This document shows, piece by piece, positions 37,701 through 47,430 of a DNA stretch of 64,000 bases. The translations under genes and the position numbers were made by a program. The stretch comes from a virus, in the IMG/VR virus record IMGVR_UViG_3300027749_000066, positions 1 through 64,000 of that record. One strand, given 5' to 3'. Each line of letters starts with the position of its first letter. Within the stretch, counting starts at the first letter, position 1. The notes below the pieces were generated by a model that was not told the origin of the DNA, searched no databases, and saw nothing but the letters and a program-made list of their open reading frames with translations.

Positions 37701-38366
37701 ATGAGTATGTTCAAAACACTTAGTGATCTTAAGAAGAACACAATCGAAAACAAGGGCAGTGGCCCTATGGGAGATGGCGAGCGTATTCCTCGCTTCTTCT
37801 CCGTGAAGTCCGGCGAATCATACCTGATTCGCTTCCGTCAGGAACTCACCGAGGATTCAGCGAATTTCTCTGATGCCGCTGGGGTTGCTCATGTTGTTTC
37901 AGTTCACACTAATCCAAATGATTACAAGAAGAGTGCGATTTGCACTGGTGATAATGAGGATTATGGTTATCGCTGTTTTGGTTGTGAGCAGGTTGTCCAT
38001 GATCGTGGTTGGAAGGCAAAGCAGCATCTTCTTCTGAATGTTGCAGTTTTTAGTGCTGATGACGAAACTTGGGAGCCTCGCATCCTTGATCAGAAGTTCA
38101 CTGGCGCTCACGTTGCAGAAACTATTGTTACTTATGCAAGTGAGTATGGTACGATTATGGATCGTGATTTCAAGATCTCTCGTACTGGTCAGAAGCAGCA
38201 GACTAAGTATAATCTGATCCCCCTTGCTCCAAAGGATGCAAATGCTTCAATTGCAGAACTTCCTATGCATGATTTGACTAAGACTTATAAGCTCATGAGT
38301 CCTGCAGAACAGGCTGGTTATTATATTTCTGAAGAAGACAACTCTGGCTCTAGCGGTTGGGCTTGA
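37701..38366 (+). CDS. Single-stranded DNA-binding protein (gp32-like)
   Basis: IRFRQE, H/C/C/C zinc ligands, RDFKISRTGQ...TKYNLIP, acidic tail; TGGTATAAT promoter at 37618. Confidence 0.75.
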   Translation: MSMFKTLSDLKKNTIENKGSGPMGDGERIPRFFSVKSGESYLIRFRQELTEDSANFSDAAGVAHVVSVHTNPNDYKKSAICTGDNEDYGYRCFGCEQVVHDRGWKAKQHLLLNVAVFSADDETWEPRILDQKFTGAHVAETIVTYASEYGTIMDRDFKISRTGQKQQTKYNLIPLAPKDANASIAELPMHDLTKTYKLMSPAEQAGYYISEEDNSGSSGWA

Positions 38367-38372
38367 GTTATT

Positions 38373-38403
38373 TGCTGGGGGACTTCGGTCCCCCAGCATT
38401 TTC
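38373..38403 (+). terminator. Intrinsic terminator after ssb
   Basis: TGCTGGGGGAC-TTCG-GTCCCCCAGCA then T tract. Confidence 0.9.
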
Positions 38404-38427
38404 TTCTGAAAGGTATATGACTAAATT

Positions 38428-38967
38428 ATGATTGTTCTTGATATTGATGGGGTTGTGGCTAATCCCTTTGATGAAGTAAACTATTTCTTAGGAAATCTTG
38501 GATATGAAACTAAACCTTGGACTTCTTGGGAAAGTGATAGTTGGTCAGAAGTATATAATTATGTAAATTCATCAACAATGATTGATTGCGTTAATAATAA
38601 ACTTATTTATAAAAACGCTATTTCATTTGAAGAAGCTTGGTATTGGACTAATCATTATAGTTCAACATATGACATCATGTATCTTACTGCTAGACCAGAA
38701 ACTATGTCTCAATTAACTTGGGATTGGTTTATGGATTGGGATATCCCAGCAGACTTTATTGTTTTTCAAAAAAATAAAGTTGACTTTCTTCAGCAATTAT
38801 ATATTGATATTTATGTTGATGATAATCCTCAAATAGTTATTGATGCTTTTGAGAAGGGTGTGCCAGCAAGATTGCTTAACCGTCCTTATAATTTAACCGC
38901 AGATATTGATCCAAAACTTAGGATTAATTCTTTATGGGATATTGATTTTAATGAAAATATTATTTGA
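38428..38967 (+). CDS. HAD-family 5'-nucleotidase-like protein
   Basis: LDIDGVVA, LTAR, K, YVDDNP motifs. Confidence 0.8.
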   Translation: MIVLDIDGVVANPFDEVNYFLGNLGYETKPWTSWESDSWSEVYNYVNSSTMIDCVNNKLIYKNAISFEEAWYWTNHYSSTYDIMYLTARPETMSQLTWDWFMDWDIPADFIVFQKNKVDFLQQLYIDIYVDDNPQIVIDAFEKGVPARLLNRPYNLTADIDPKLRINSLWDIDFNENII

Positions 38968-39310
38968 TGGTTCTATTAAAACATCTATAAATAAAATTGT
39001 TATTGATACTTTTTTAAATGGTGTATATAAACAATATGGCAAAAAACTTTACATTATTTATACCGGAGTGGGTAAAACATCTGACATTATAGATGATTGG
39101 GCAATCAAGAATTTCCCTAATGATGGTACAAGAAATTGTTTTAATGCAATTTGGTATGATCATTATAAAAAAGAAGACGAATTATTTAATTATGAACTTA
39201 TGAATGAGACTAAACCAGATTTAGTTTTTATTTTTGGTGATGATTCTCATGATTTTTCAAAAGTTGCAAAACAAATGGGTGTACCAGTTTATAAAGTAGA
39301 AAAAATATAA
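38951..39310 (+). CDS. Hypothetical protein
   Basis: Overlapping start/stop; KPDLVFIF...AKQMGVPV resembles small Rossmann-like proteins. Confidence 0.55.
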   Translation: MKILFDGSIKTSINKIVIDTFLNGVYKQYGKKLYIIYTGVGKTSDIIDDWAIKNFPNDGTRNCFNAIWYDHYKKEDELFNYELMNETKPDLVFIFGDDSHDFSKVAKQMGVPVYKVEKI

Positions 39311-39789
39311 TGGATGATTTAAACAGACCATCTTGGGAAGAGTATTTTTTAAACATTGCGTTGGCAACTGCTGAGCGATCTACTTGTCCAAGTAGAAAAG
39401 TTGGAAGTGTTATTGTCAATCCTGCAACTCAACAAGTAATCTCTATGGGCTATAATGGTGCTGCTAGAGGTGCTCCTCATTGCACAGATCAATGCTTGTC
39501 TAGAGAAAAAGGGAGCGACTGGGATAAGTGCAATGCTATCCATGCAGAATTAAATGCAATAATAGCTGCTGCTATGAATGGAGTTAGTACTAATGGTGCT
39601 ACTATGTATCTCACTACCACTCCGTGCTTGTTCTGTGCAAGGACATTGATTAATGCTGGTATAAAGAAAGTAATTTCTCTTACTTTATATTCTCATACAC
39701 AAGGACTCGAGCTTCTACAAGAAAGCGGAGTAGAAGTGATTATTGCAAATATTTATATGAAAGGAAAAAATGAAGACAGTTTTGTTTGA
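39310..39789 (+). CDS. dCMP deaminase
   Basis: RSTC...VG, MGYNG, HAELNAI, PCLFC. Confidence 0.92.
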   Translation: MDDLNRPSWEEYFLNIALATAERSTCPSRKVGSVIVNPATQQVISMGYNGAARGAPHCTDQCLSREKGSDWDKCNAIHAELNAIIAAAMNGVSTNGATMYLTTTPCLFCARTLINAGIKKVISLTLYSHTQGLELLQESGVEVIIANIYMKGKNEDSFV

Positions 39790-39973
39790 AAGAGTGCAGA
39801 TTTGTGAAGTTGTTTATTCTGACAAAGATGTAGAGAATTTTCTAGCAGAGAACCCTGATTCTGTTGAACATGATTATTATAATTATGTAATGGAATTGAT
39901 TAAAGATCAGGATGAGTCTTGGACTTCTGCTGAAGTTTTTATTATTGGACATATTGAAGGTATTAAGGAATAA
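39770..39973 (+). CDS. Hypothetical acidic protein
   Basis: AAGGA RBS; fits the operon. Confidence 0.6.
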   Translation: MKTVLFERVQICEVVYSDKDVENFLAENPDSVEHDYYNYVMELIKDQDESWTSAEVFIIGHIEGIKE

Positions 39974-39975
39974 TT

Positions 39976-42900
39976 TTGCCTGAGTTTACACATCTACATA
40001 ATCATAGCGAATACTCACTTCTTGATGGTCTGACTACTCCGGAAGAGATGGCTCAGATCGCAAGTACTAATGGTCAGATTGCTTCTGCAATTACTGATCA
40101 TGGAACTATGGGTGGGTTTATTAGATTCCAGAAGGCTTGTAAGGATCAAAATGTTAAGCCAATCTTTGGTGTTGAAGCATATTTTGTTGATGATGTAGCG
40201 ACGGATGATGAGGATAACAAGGCTGAAAGATTCCATCTTATTCTTCTTGCTAAGAATGATAAGGGGCTTGAAAATCTTTTCAGACTTAATAATGTCGCTT
40301 GGACTGAGCAGTTCTACTACAAACCTAGAATTGACTTCTCTAATTTGGAGCAATTTGGTGAGGGATTAATTTGTCTTTCGGGATGTATGGGTAGTGCATT
40401 GTCTAAAGCAATTCTTGCCGGTGATGAAAAGCGATCAGAGCTATTGCTGAATAGGTTTCAAAGAATCTTCAAGGATGATTATTATCTTGAAGTACAGCCC
40501 CATAATCCACCGGAGCTTAATGCAAAACTTATTGACTATGGGGACTCTTATGATATTCCTATTGTCGGTACTCTTGATTGTCATTTCCCAACAGCAAATG
40601 ATTGGGGCGTTGAGGAAGTGCTTTTGGCTGTTGGTCAGAGTTCATCTATGAATGCTGCTCAGAAGCGTCATGCTAAGGATAATTATGATAAAGCTTGTAA
40701 TGTTCATAATCTAATTGATAAGATGGATTTGCTTTATCCTGATCGCAGGCTTTCCTTCAAAGATCTTCCTCTTTATATGATGGACGCTAATGAAGCATTA
40801 CGTCACTTTGAAGATGCTGGTATTACAAGAACGGATATTCTTGAAAATACTATGGAGATCGCTGATAAGTGTAATACAGAGATTAAGATGAATAATATGT
40901 TCTTACCTTCTTATACTAAGAATATCAAGATCAATATGACTTCTAATGAATATCTTCGTGACATTTCGTTTTTTCTTCTTGAGCAGAAGGGTCTTTCTTC
41001 TGATCCTGTTTATATTGATCGTCTTAATGAGGAGTTGGAAGTAATTGCAGGGAAGAACTTTTCGGACTATTTTTTGGTCTTGTGGGATCTTATTAGTTGG
41101 GCTGACAGTGACGGCATTGCCCGTGGGCCTGCCCGTGGTAGCGCTGGTGGATCTCTATTGTCTTATGTTCTTGGTATTACGAATATCGATCCGGTCAAGC
41201 ATGGACTTCTCTTTTTTCGGTTTATCAATCCTGAGAGAAACGATTTCCCGGATATCGATTTGGACTTCGAAGATCGTCGCCGTGATGAGGCGAAAGAATA
41301 TCTGAGGAATCGGTGGGGTCCAGAGAATGTCGCTGGTATTTCTGCTTATGGCACATTCCAGCCTAAGGGTTCCATCAAGGCTATTGCTAGCGCTTTTGCT
41401 GTGCCTTATACTGAGGCTAATGCTATATCTCCTCTCTTTGAGACTTTTGAGGAATATAAAACTAAAGATAAACTTGCTAAATTCAGGAATAAGAACCCAG
41501 ACATCATTAAGGTCGCTGAGAGGCTTGTGGGACGATATAAGAACGCATCAGCGCACGCTGCTGGCGTCGTCGTATCTAATGTTCCCCTAAATACTATCGT
41601 TCCCATTGAAGTTCGTGAAGAGGCAGGAACCAAGCGCAAGATCAATGTGATTGCTTATGACAAGGATGAGACTGGCGAATTTGGACTCATTAAATTTGAT
41701 GCTCTTGGAGTGCGTGCGATCACAGTCATCAAAGATTGCATTAATGCCATTAAGGAACGAAAAGGAATTGATGTCTCAAAAGACAGCATCGATATTGACA
41801 ACCCAGATTCAAGAGTCTTTGCAGAATTCACAGCAGGCAATGTTGTTGGAATCTTCCAAGCGGAAGGTGCTGGTTATGCTTCTCTTATTACTGAGATGGG
41901 TATTTCTAACTTCAACGATTTAGCTGTTTCTAATGCCTTGGTACGTCCGGGATCGTATGTAACTCAGGGCAAGAAGTATCTTGCTCGTAGAGATGGCACT
42001 GAGCGTACTATTTATGATCACAAGATTCTTGAGAATATTCTTGGTGAGACTTATAACACCTTCATCTTTGAAGAGCAGGTTATGAAGATCGCTGTGGAAC
42101 TTGCTGGCTTCAGTTGGGCTAAGGCTGACCGTCTTCGTAAGATCATCTCCAAGAAGAAGGATGCTGCTGAGTTTGATAAGTATCAGAAAGAATTTGTTGA
42201 TGGTGCTTCAACTCATATCTCGGAGCATAAGGCGAGAAGTCTTTGGGCTGATATTGAGAAAGCTTCTCTTTATATGTTCAACAAGTCTCATGCGACTGCT
42301 TATTCGCTAGTATCGTATCAAACAATGTGGCTTAAGGTTAATTATCCTACTGAGTTCATTTGGGCTACTTTGTCTAATGAGACAGAGGGTGAGAAAGTTA
42401 CTACATATTTGTTTGAGGCTCAACGACTTGGCATCGAAATCCTCGGTCCCGACGTAAATAGTTCTGAGTATAGTTTTTCTTTGGATGGTGATGCGTTGCG
42501 GTTTGGTTTGTCTAATATTGCTGGTTGTGGTGCGAATACTGTTAATGAGATTTTGTTGAAGCGTCCTTTTCAGGATTATGATCATTTTGTTAATTCTGTG
42601 CAGAAGTCTAAGGTTAAGGTTAATAATCTTGAGGCTTTGCAGAAGGTGGGCGCTTTGGATAGTGTCGGTTATGATTCTCCGTATGAGTCTCGTCGGTATT
42701 TTGGGCCGTTGTTGAATTATCCGGTGACGATGAATGATAAGTCTCCGTTTGATTCGATTATTATGCCGTGTGCTGATGCTCAGGATAATAAGGAGGATAT
42801 TAATTTGTATATTGTTCGTGGTGTGGTTAAGTCTACGAAGCGGACTTCTCGTTATTTTCGTGCTGAGATTGAGGATGCGACTGGTGTTGTGTCGTCGTTT

Positions 42901-43437
42901 GCTGATTCTGATGCGGTGATCAATAAGCGTGATTATGTGATTGCTATTGTTGGTGACCAGACGATTCATCATGTTGCGGATTTTAATGATATTGAGACTG
43001 GGAAGACTGATTCTAAGTTTTCGAGGTTTTTGCAGAGGCAGATGGCTGGTGATTCTTTGGATGAGTTTGATTTTCTGTATGATAAGGGTGTTAAGCGTAG
43101 TATTGTGCCTAATGGGAAGACGCCGCTTTTGGCGTATCTTATTAATACGGTGAATTTTAAGACTCGTAATGATAAGGATATGTGTTCGTCATATTTTTAT
43201 ATTCCTGATCATGGTTGGTTGAAGACAACTATTTTTGGGTCTAGTGTGGTGTCTCATCGTTCGGAGTTGAATAGTGTTTTTGAGTGGAAGATGTTGAAAA
43301 TTACTTCAGGTAAAAATGGGCAATATTCGTTGGTGAATGTCATTTCTGCTGAGAAGTGGTGTAAGATGAATCTTATTGATGTTGAACAGGAAAGAGGCAA
43401 GTATGGCAAAAAGTTTGATGCATCGATTTCTCTCTAA
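39976..43437 (+). CDS. dnaE: DNA polymerase III alpha subunit
   Basis: PHP motif HLHNHSEYSLLDG; RGSAGGS; PDIDLDF; FNKSHA; TTG start after AAGGA. Confidence 0.96.
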   Translation: MPEFTHLHNHSEYSLLDGLTTPEEMAQIASTNGQIASAITDHGTMGGFIRFQKACKDQNVKPIFGVEAYFVDDVATDDEDNKAERFHLILLAKNDKGLENLFRLNNVAWTEQFYYKPRIDFSNLEQFGEGLICLSGCMGSALSKAILAGDEKRSELLLNRFQRIFKDDYYLEVQPHNPPELNAKLIDYGDSYDIPIVGTLDCHFPTANDWGVEEVLLAVGQSSSMNAAQKRHAKDNYDKACNVHNLIDKMDLLYPDRRLSFKDLPLYMMDANEALRHFEDAGITRTDILENTMEIADKCNTEIKMNNMFLPSYTKNIKINMTSNEYLRDISFFLLEQKGLSSDPVYIDRLNEELEVIAGKNFSDYFLVLWDLISWADSDGIARGPARGSAGGSLLSYVLGITNIDPVKHGLLFFRFINPERNDFPDIDLDFEDRRRDEAKEYLRNRWGPENVAGISAYGTFQPKGSIKAIASAFAVPYTEANAISPLFETFEEYKTKDKLAKFRNKNPDIIKVAERLVGRYKNASAHAAGVVVSNVPLNTIVPIEVREEAGTKRKINVIAYDKDETGEFGLIKFDALGVRAITVIKDCINAIKERKGIDVSKDSIDIDNPDSRVFAEFTAGNVVGIFQAEGAGYASLITEMGISNFNDLAVSNALVRPGSYVTQGKKYLARRDGTERTIYDHKILENILGETYNTFIFEEQVMKIAVELAGFSWAKADRLRKIISKKKDAAEFDKYQKEFVDGASTHISEHKARSLWADIEKASLYMFNKSHATAYSLVSYQTMWLKVNYPTEFIWATLSNETEGEKVTTYLFEAQRLGIEILGPDVNSSEYSFSLDGDALRFGLSNIAGCGANTVNEILLKRPFQDYDHFVNSVQKSKVKVNNLEALQKVGALDSVGYDSPYESRRYFGPLLNYPVTMNDKSPFDSIIMPCADAQDNKEDINLYIVRGVVKSTKRTSRYFRAEIEDATGVVSSFADSDAVINKRDYVIAIVGDQTIHHVADFNDIETGKTDSKFSRFLQRQMAGDSLDEFDFLYDKGVKRSIVPNGKTPLLAYLINTVNFKTRNDKDMCSSYFYIPDHGWLKTTIFGSSVVSHRSELNSVFEWKMLKITSGKNGQYSLVNVISAEKWCKMNLIDVEQERGKYGKKFDASISL

Positions 43438-43888
43438 AGTTGAAAAAACTGATTACTGCTGGGAGTGGATGGCAGCAAAAAATCCGTGTGGATATGGAGT
43501 AATGAGATATAGTACGCAAGTTAGTCTTAGGCAGGCGACACATGTTGCAGTTGAGCTTTTTAGACCTGATGACATTAGGCCTTCAATAAATTATGGTATT
43601 ATGCATTCTTGTGATAATCCGGGTTGCGTCAATCCTGATCATCTTAAATGGGGGACTCCAGCAGAGAATCAGTTAGATAAAGTTATAAAAAATCGTCAAA
43701 GAAAAGGTGAAAGTCATCCTTTTGCTAAGTTATCCTTAGAGCAAGTAGAGCAAATTCGTTCACTTTGCAGTGAAGGCAAAACACAAAGAGAGGTAGGAGA
43801 ATTGTTTAATGTAAGTAATCAGCAAGTTTCTCGCATTATTAATAATAAGCGATGGAAGAAAGAGGGTAACCAAAATTCTTGTAATTAA
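43403..43888 (+). CDS. HNH endonuclease with C-terminal HTH
   Basis: CWEW...GYG...MHSCDNPGCVNPDHL...GT-x-x-EN; A-rich codons unlike its flanks. Confidence 0.88.
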   Translation: MAKSLMHRFLSKVEKTDYCWEWMAAKNPCGYGVMRYSTQVSLRQATHVAVELFRPDDIRPSINYGIMHSCDNPGCVNPDHLKWGTPAENQLDKVIKNRQRKGESHPFAKLSLEQVEQIRSLCSEGKTQREVGELFNVSNQQVSRIINNKRWKKEGNQNSCN

Positions 43889-44831
43889 GGGTGGAGAGAA
43901 GATTCCGAAGCCGGATATCATTCCGACTCCTTCGTTTGGTTTGAATTATATTTTGGGTGGTGGTTTGTGGACCGGACGTTATCATATTGTTTGGGGTAAT
44001 CCTCAGGCTGGTAAGTCTACACTTTGTTTTCATGCTGCTGCTGAGGCTCAGAAGCTTGGTTATACTCCGGTGATTGTTGATGCTGAGGGTTCGTCTACTG
44101 ATGAGTGGATGGAGCATTGTGGTATTGATATCAGCAATCGTATTGTGATTCGTTCTACTATTCTTGAGGATATTTTGAATGTGATCATGCCAATGTTTCG
44201 GGAGAAGGATTCGAAGTATTTCTTTATTTTTGATTCGATCAATACGATTGTGATGGAGCAGTTCTATAAGAACGATGATGGTATGGGTGGTATTGGCATC
44301 TATGCTCGCTCTCAGGGTGTTCTGATCCAGAAGGTTGCTGATGAACTTATTTCGGGGGTGAATCATTGTGTGGTGTTTATTGCACAGCAGACGATTGCTG
44401 CGAAGGGTCAGTATTTTGTTACTCAGGGTAAGTATGGTAATGCTGCGTATCATTGGGCTACTAATATTGTTCGTCTTAATGCTGGTGATGCTTCTGCTGA
44501 TGTGGACCGTGATAGCGATGAGCGTATTACCTCCCGCAAGGTGACTTGGCGTATTGATAAGTCTAAGCAGAAGTCTATTCAGGGTACGAAGGGTGATTAT
44601 TGGTTTTCTCCGGAGTCTGCTCATATTGATTTGAAGCGTGAGGCGTTCCATATTGCTGTGCGTCATGGTTTGATCAATAAAAAGGGCGCTTGGTTTGAGT
44701 GGAATGGTGAGAGTTATCATGGGGCTGAGAAGCTTGTGAATGCTTTGTCTGATGATGATATGAAGCTTATCTTGGGTCAGTTGAATGAACTTACATTGAG
44801 TTTTGATAGCGAAGATATTGTTGATGACTGA
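43875..44831 (+). CDS. recA: RecA-like recombinase (probable ATT start at 43875; first canonical start is TTG 43941)
   Basis: IPTPSFGLNYILGGG, GNPQAGKST Walker A, VDAEG, FDSI, KKGAWF. Confidence 0.9.
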   Translation: MLVIKGGEKIPKPDIIPTPSFGLNYILGGGLWTGRYHIVWGNPQAGKSTLCFHAAAEAQKLGYTPVIVDAEGSSTDEWMEHCGIDISNRIVIRSTILEDILNVIMPMFREKDSKYFFIFDSINTIVMEQFYKNDDGMGGIGIYARSQGVLIQKVADELISGVNHCVVFIAQQTIAAKGQYFVTQGKYGNAAYHWATNIVRLNAGDASADVDRDSDERITSRKVTWRIDKSKQKSIQGTKGDYWFSPESAHIDLKREAFHIAVRHGLINKKGAWFEWNGESYHGAEKLVNALSDDDMKLILGQLNELTLSFDSEDIVDD

Positions 44832-45111
44832 TTGGAATCGTAGGGAGAAGCGTTCTGCTCGTAAGGATGGGGCGACTGTTGTTGCTAACTCTGGGCGAGG
44901 TTTTCGTAAGGGTGATGCTGTTCTTGATGATTGGCTTGTTGATTATAAGCATAATGAGTTGACTTTTACTTTGAAGTCTTCTGCTTGGGCTAAGCATTCT
45001 AAGGATGCTTGGAATGAGGGTCAGAAGAAGCCGTTGATTAAAGTTATTTATGGTGATGGCCGTTCTGTTGCGATTATAGATTGGGATGATTTTCTTGAGC
45101 TTAAAGGATAA
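44824..45111 (+). CDS. Putative Holliday junction resolvase-like PD-(D/E)XK protein
   Basis: NSGRG-x-x-KGD...VDYK motif; follows recA. Confidence 0.55.
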   Translation: MTDWNRREKRSARKDGATVVANSGRGFRKGDAVLDDWLVDYKHNELTFTLKSSAWAKHSKDAWNEGQKKPLIKVIYGDGRSVAIIDWDDFLELKG

Positions 45112-45367
45112 TGTTCAAAGATTTATTGCAATCAAGGAAACTACTTGTGTTTATCAGGAGTATGAGGATGGAGATGAGTGTGGCAATATTACTGTTAGAG
45201 CTTTAAATATGCCTTTTGAGGTTCCGCCGATGCCTTTGTGTTATGTTCATGCATATGAGTTTCGTGATTGGACCAATGATGATACGGTTAGAGAGTTTGT
45301 TGCTATAATGACAGAGGACGATGTTTTGAAAGATTTTTTGGAGAAATTTAATGACGATAGCAAGTAG
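45086..45367 (+). CDS. Hypothetical protein
   Basis: Open frame in operon; Cys/His cluster. Confidence 0.5.
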   Translation: MIFLSLKDNVQRFIAIKETTCVYQEYEDGDECGNITVRALNMPFEVPPMPLCYVHAYEFRDWTNDDTVREFVAIMTEDDVLKDFLEKFNDDSK

Positions 45368-45713
45368 TAGAGCAATGAGTGAAGGTAATGTTGAGGTTGA
45401 TCTTGATGAGATCGCCGGGGCTTTGAGTGCGGAAGAGTTCGCTGAGTTCTCTATTTGTATGGAGATTGTCCAGCGTATTCTTGATCGTCCTCAGGCTATG
45501 ATGGGTTCTGAGGCTCTTGTGGCTGCAGCGAAGCTGGCTGCTTTGAGAACTAAACTTGGTGCAAGAGCGCAGTATTATAAGACTAGTGATAAGTCTATTA
45601 TTCAACGTCGTCGCAAGGATCTTCTTATGCTTATGTTTACTGCTCTTGAGGAGAATATTAATACTCTCAAGTTACTTGGTAAGATTGAGGGTTCGATGAG
45701 TGGTGTTCGATGA
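45351..45713 (+). CDS. Hypothetical helical protein
   Basis: Coupled overlaps; ALEENINTLK ending. Confidence 0.65.
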   Translation: MTIASSRAMSEGNVEVDLDEIAGALSAEEFAEFSICMEIVQRILDRPQAMMGSEALVAAAKLAALRTKLGARAQYYKTSDKSIIQRRRKDLLMLMFTALEENINTLKLLGKIEGSMSGVR

Positions 45714-46492
45714 AGAATCTTGTTGGTAAGTTGAAGGTTCAGCAACCTGAGAAGAAGGTTGTCAAGAAGACTGAGGGTACTGTTACTCCTGCTGATGTTC
45801 TTGATCTTGAGAAGTCTTTGGTTGATGCTATTGATGCGAAACTTGAAGCTTCTAATGGGGTTCATTGGAAGCAAAGCGAGAGTTTTGCTCCTTCTAATAC
45901 GAATCCTTGTTCCCGGTTTGCTGTTTACCGTATGAGGGGTTATCAGCAGGAGACTACTATTCTTGGCCAGACTAGACGTATCTTTGATCTTGGTAATCGT
46001 GTTGAGGATGCTGTGGGAGATATGTTGAAGGATATTGGTGTCCTTATTGATTCTCAACTTCCTTTGGAGATTACTGATCCTGTCCCAATTAAGGGTTATA
46101 TTGACTTTCTGATTGACTGGGATGGCCCCAAGGTTGTTGAGTGTAAGTCAATTAATGAGGCAGGTTTTGCTTTTAGGAGTGCTTATCATAAGCCCAAGGA
46201 TGAGCATTTTCGTCAGTTGCAGTTCTATATGTATGGTATGAATCATGATTCTGGTTTTCTTTTTTATTATTCCAAGAATAACTCTGCCATTCTTCCTTTG
46301 TTAGTTAAGAGAGATAATGAATTTATTGAGTCCACGTTTAATAAATATAAGAAGATCTATGAAGTATTCAAAAATGGAGATCTTCCTGCTAGACCATATA
46401 AGCAGACTTCCCAGAATTGTCAACGCTGCGATGCTTCTGCTCATTGCTGGTCTGATAAAGAAGAAGGTGTAGCAGTTAATCTTAAGAAATAG
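45710..46492 (+). CDS. Cas4-like PD-(D/E)XK exonuclease
   Basis: C...GYIDF...ECKS...QLQFYM...CQRC-x5-C Fe-S-type pattern. Confidence 0.82.
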   Translation: MKNLVGKLKVQQPEKKVVKKTEGTVTPADVLDLEKSLVDAIDAKLEASNGVHWKQSESFAPSNTNPCSRFAVYRMRGYQQETTILGQTRRIFDLGNRVEDAVGDMLKDIGVLIDSQLPLEITDPVPIKGYIDFLIDWDGPKVVECKSINEAGFAFRSAYHKPKDEHFRQLQFYMYGMNHDSGFLFYYSKNNSAILPLLVKRDNEFIESTFNKYKKIYEVFKNGDLPARPYKQTSQNCQRCDASAHCWSDKEEGVAVNLKK

Positions 46493-46516
46493 ATATTATA
46501 TGATATACTATATAAT

Positions 46517-46831
46517 ATGATTCTTGAGCCTAAAATATGTGCTAATCCTGATTGTACTGAACTCTTTGAGCCTCAAGTTCATAATGCTATTTATTGTAGT
46601 GTTGAATGTCGTAAAGTTATTACTAATAAAAATGTTTTAGATCGTTATTATGAAAATAAAGAACGAAAAGCAAATAAAAAAAGAATTTGTAAAAACAAAG
46701 ATTGTTTTACAATTTTATCTACTTATAACATAGAAACTATATGTGAAGCCTGCAAGACTGAACGTCTAATAAAAAGATTATCTTCTTGGGGTTGGGATGA
46801 AGAGAAGTTAAGAGAGGACTGGAGCTTTTAA
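46517..46831 (+). CDS. Cys-rich zinc-binding protein
   Basis: CANPDC...YCSVEC...CKNKDC...CEAC; TGATATACT 7 nt upstream of ATG. Confidence 0.7.
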   Translation: MILEPKICANPDCTELFEPQVHNAIYCSVECRKVITNKNVLDRYYENKERKANKKRICKNKDCFTILSTYNIETICEACKTERLIKRLSSWGWDEEKLREDWSF

Positions 46832-47430
46832 TGAGCCTAGTCAGAACTTTAAAAATTAAACATCTTAAGTCAACTACTGTAGTTGGTATTGATGCTTCGT
46901 CTACAGTTATTGCTTTTGCTATTATTGAACAACGTCCAGATAAAGTTAATCTTATTAAGACAAGTAAAATTAATCTTGGCAATTTTTCAATGAATCAAAA
47001 ACTAAAGATTATCTCTTCATCTGTTTCTAAAATTTTTGGTATCTATGCTATAGATCATGTTTTTGTTGAGCAACCTATTTATATACAAAATCCTGCTACT
47101 AGTAGAATTCTTTCTCAAGTTTCAGGTCATCTGCTGGGAGAATGCCTTAAAGAATGTGATAGTGTCTCAGAGGTAACTATTGCTAATTGGAAAAGTTATA
47201 TAGGATATAAGAATGTTAGTAAAGCTGAGAAAGATTCTTGGACAAAGCAATTTGGCGAAAAAGAATCAAAAAAGATGGCGGCGTTTGAAAGAAAACAAAG
47301 AACTATTAATATCATCCATAGAAAAATTCCAGATATAAATTATCTTAATGATAATGATATTTGTGATGCAATTGGTATTGCTCTTTATGGACTTGATAAA
47401 GTAAATAAAGGAGAACTAGATGCCTCTTGA
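46831..47430 (+). CDS. ruvC: RuvC-like Holliday junction resolvase
   Basis: VVGIDAS, VFVEQP, WKS, NDICDAIGIA. Confidence 0.8.
   Translation: MSLVRTLKIKHLKSTTVVGIDASSTVIAFAIIEQRPDKVNLIKTSKINLGNFSMNQKLKIISSSVSKIFGIYAIDHVFVEQPIYIQNPATSRILSQVSGHLLGECLKECDSVSEVTIANWKSYIGYKNVSKAEKDSWTKQFGEKESKKMAAFERKQRTINIIHRKIPDINYLNDNDICDAIGIALYGLDKVNKGELDAS

Noticed and set aside
42307-44720. Long antisense ORFs 42307..42972 and 43839..44720
   Set aside because: By-product of the G+T third-position tract; Ile/Asn/Thr-rich nonsense composition.
45710-46492. Cas4 as evidence of CRISPR-Cas
   Set aside because: No other cas genes or repeat-spacer array seen; solo Cas4-like nucleases are common in phage recombination blocks.
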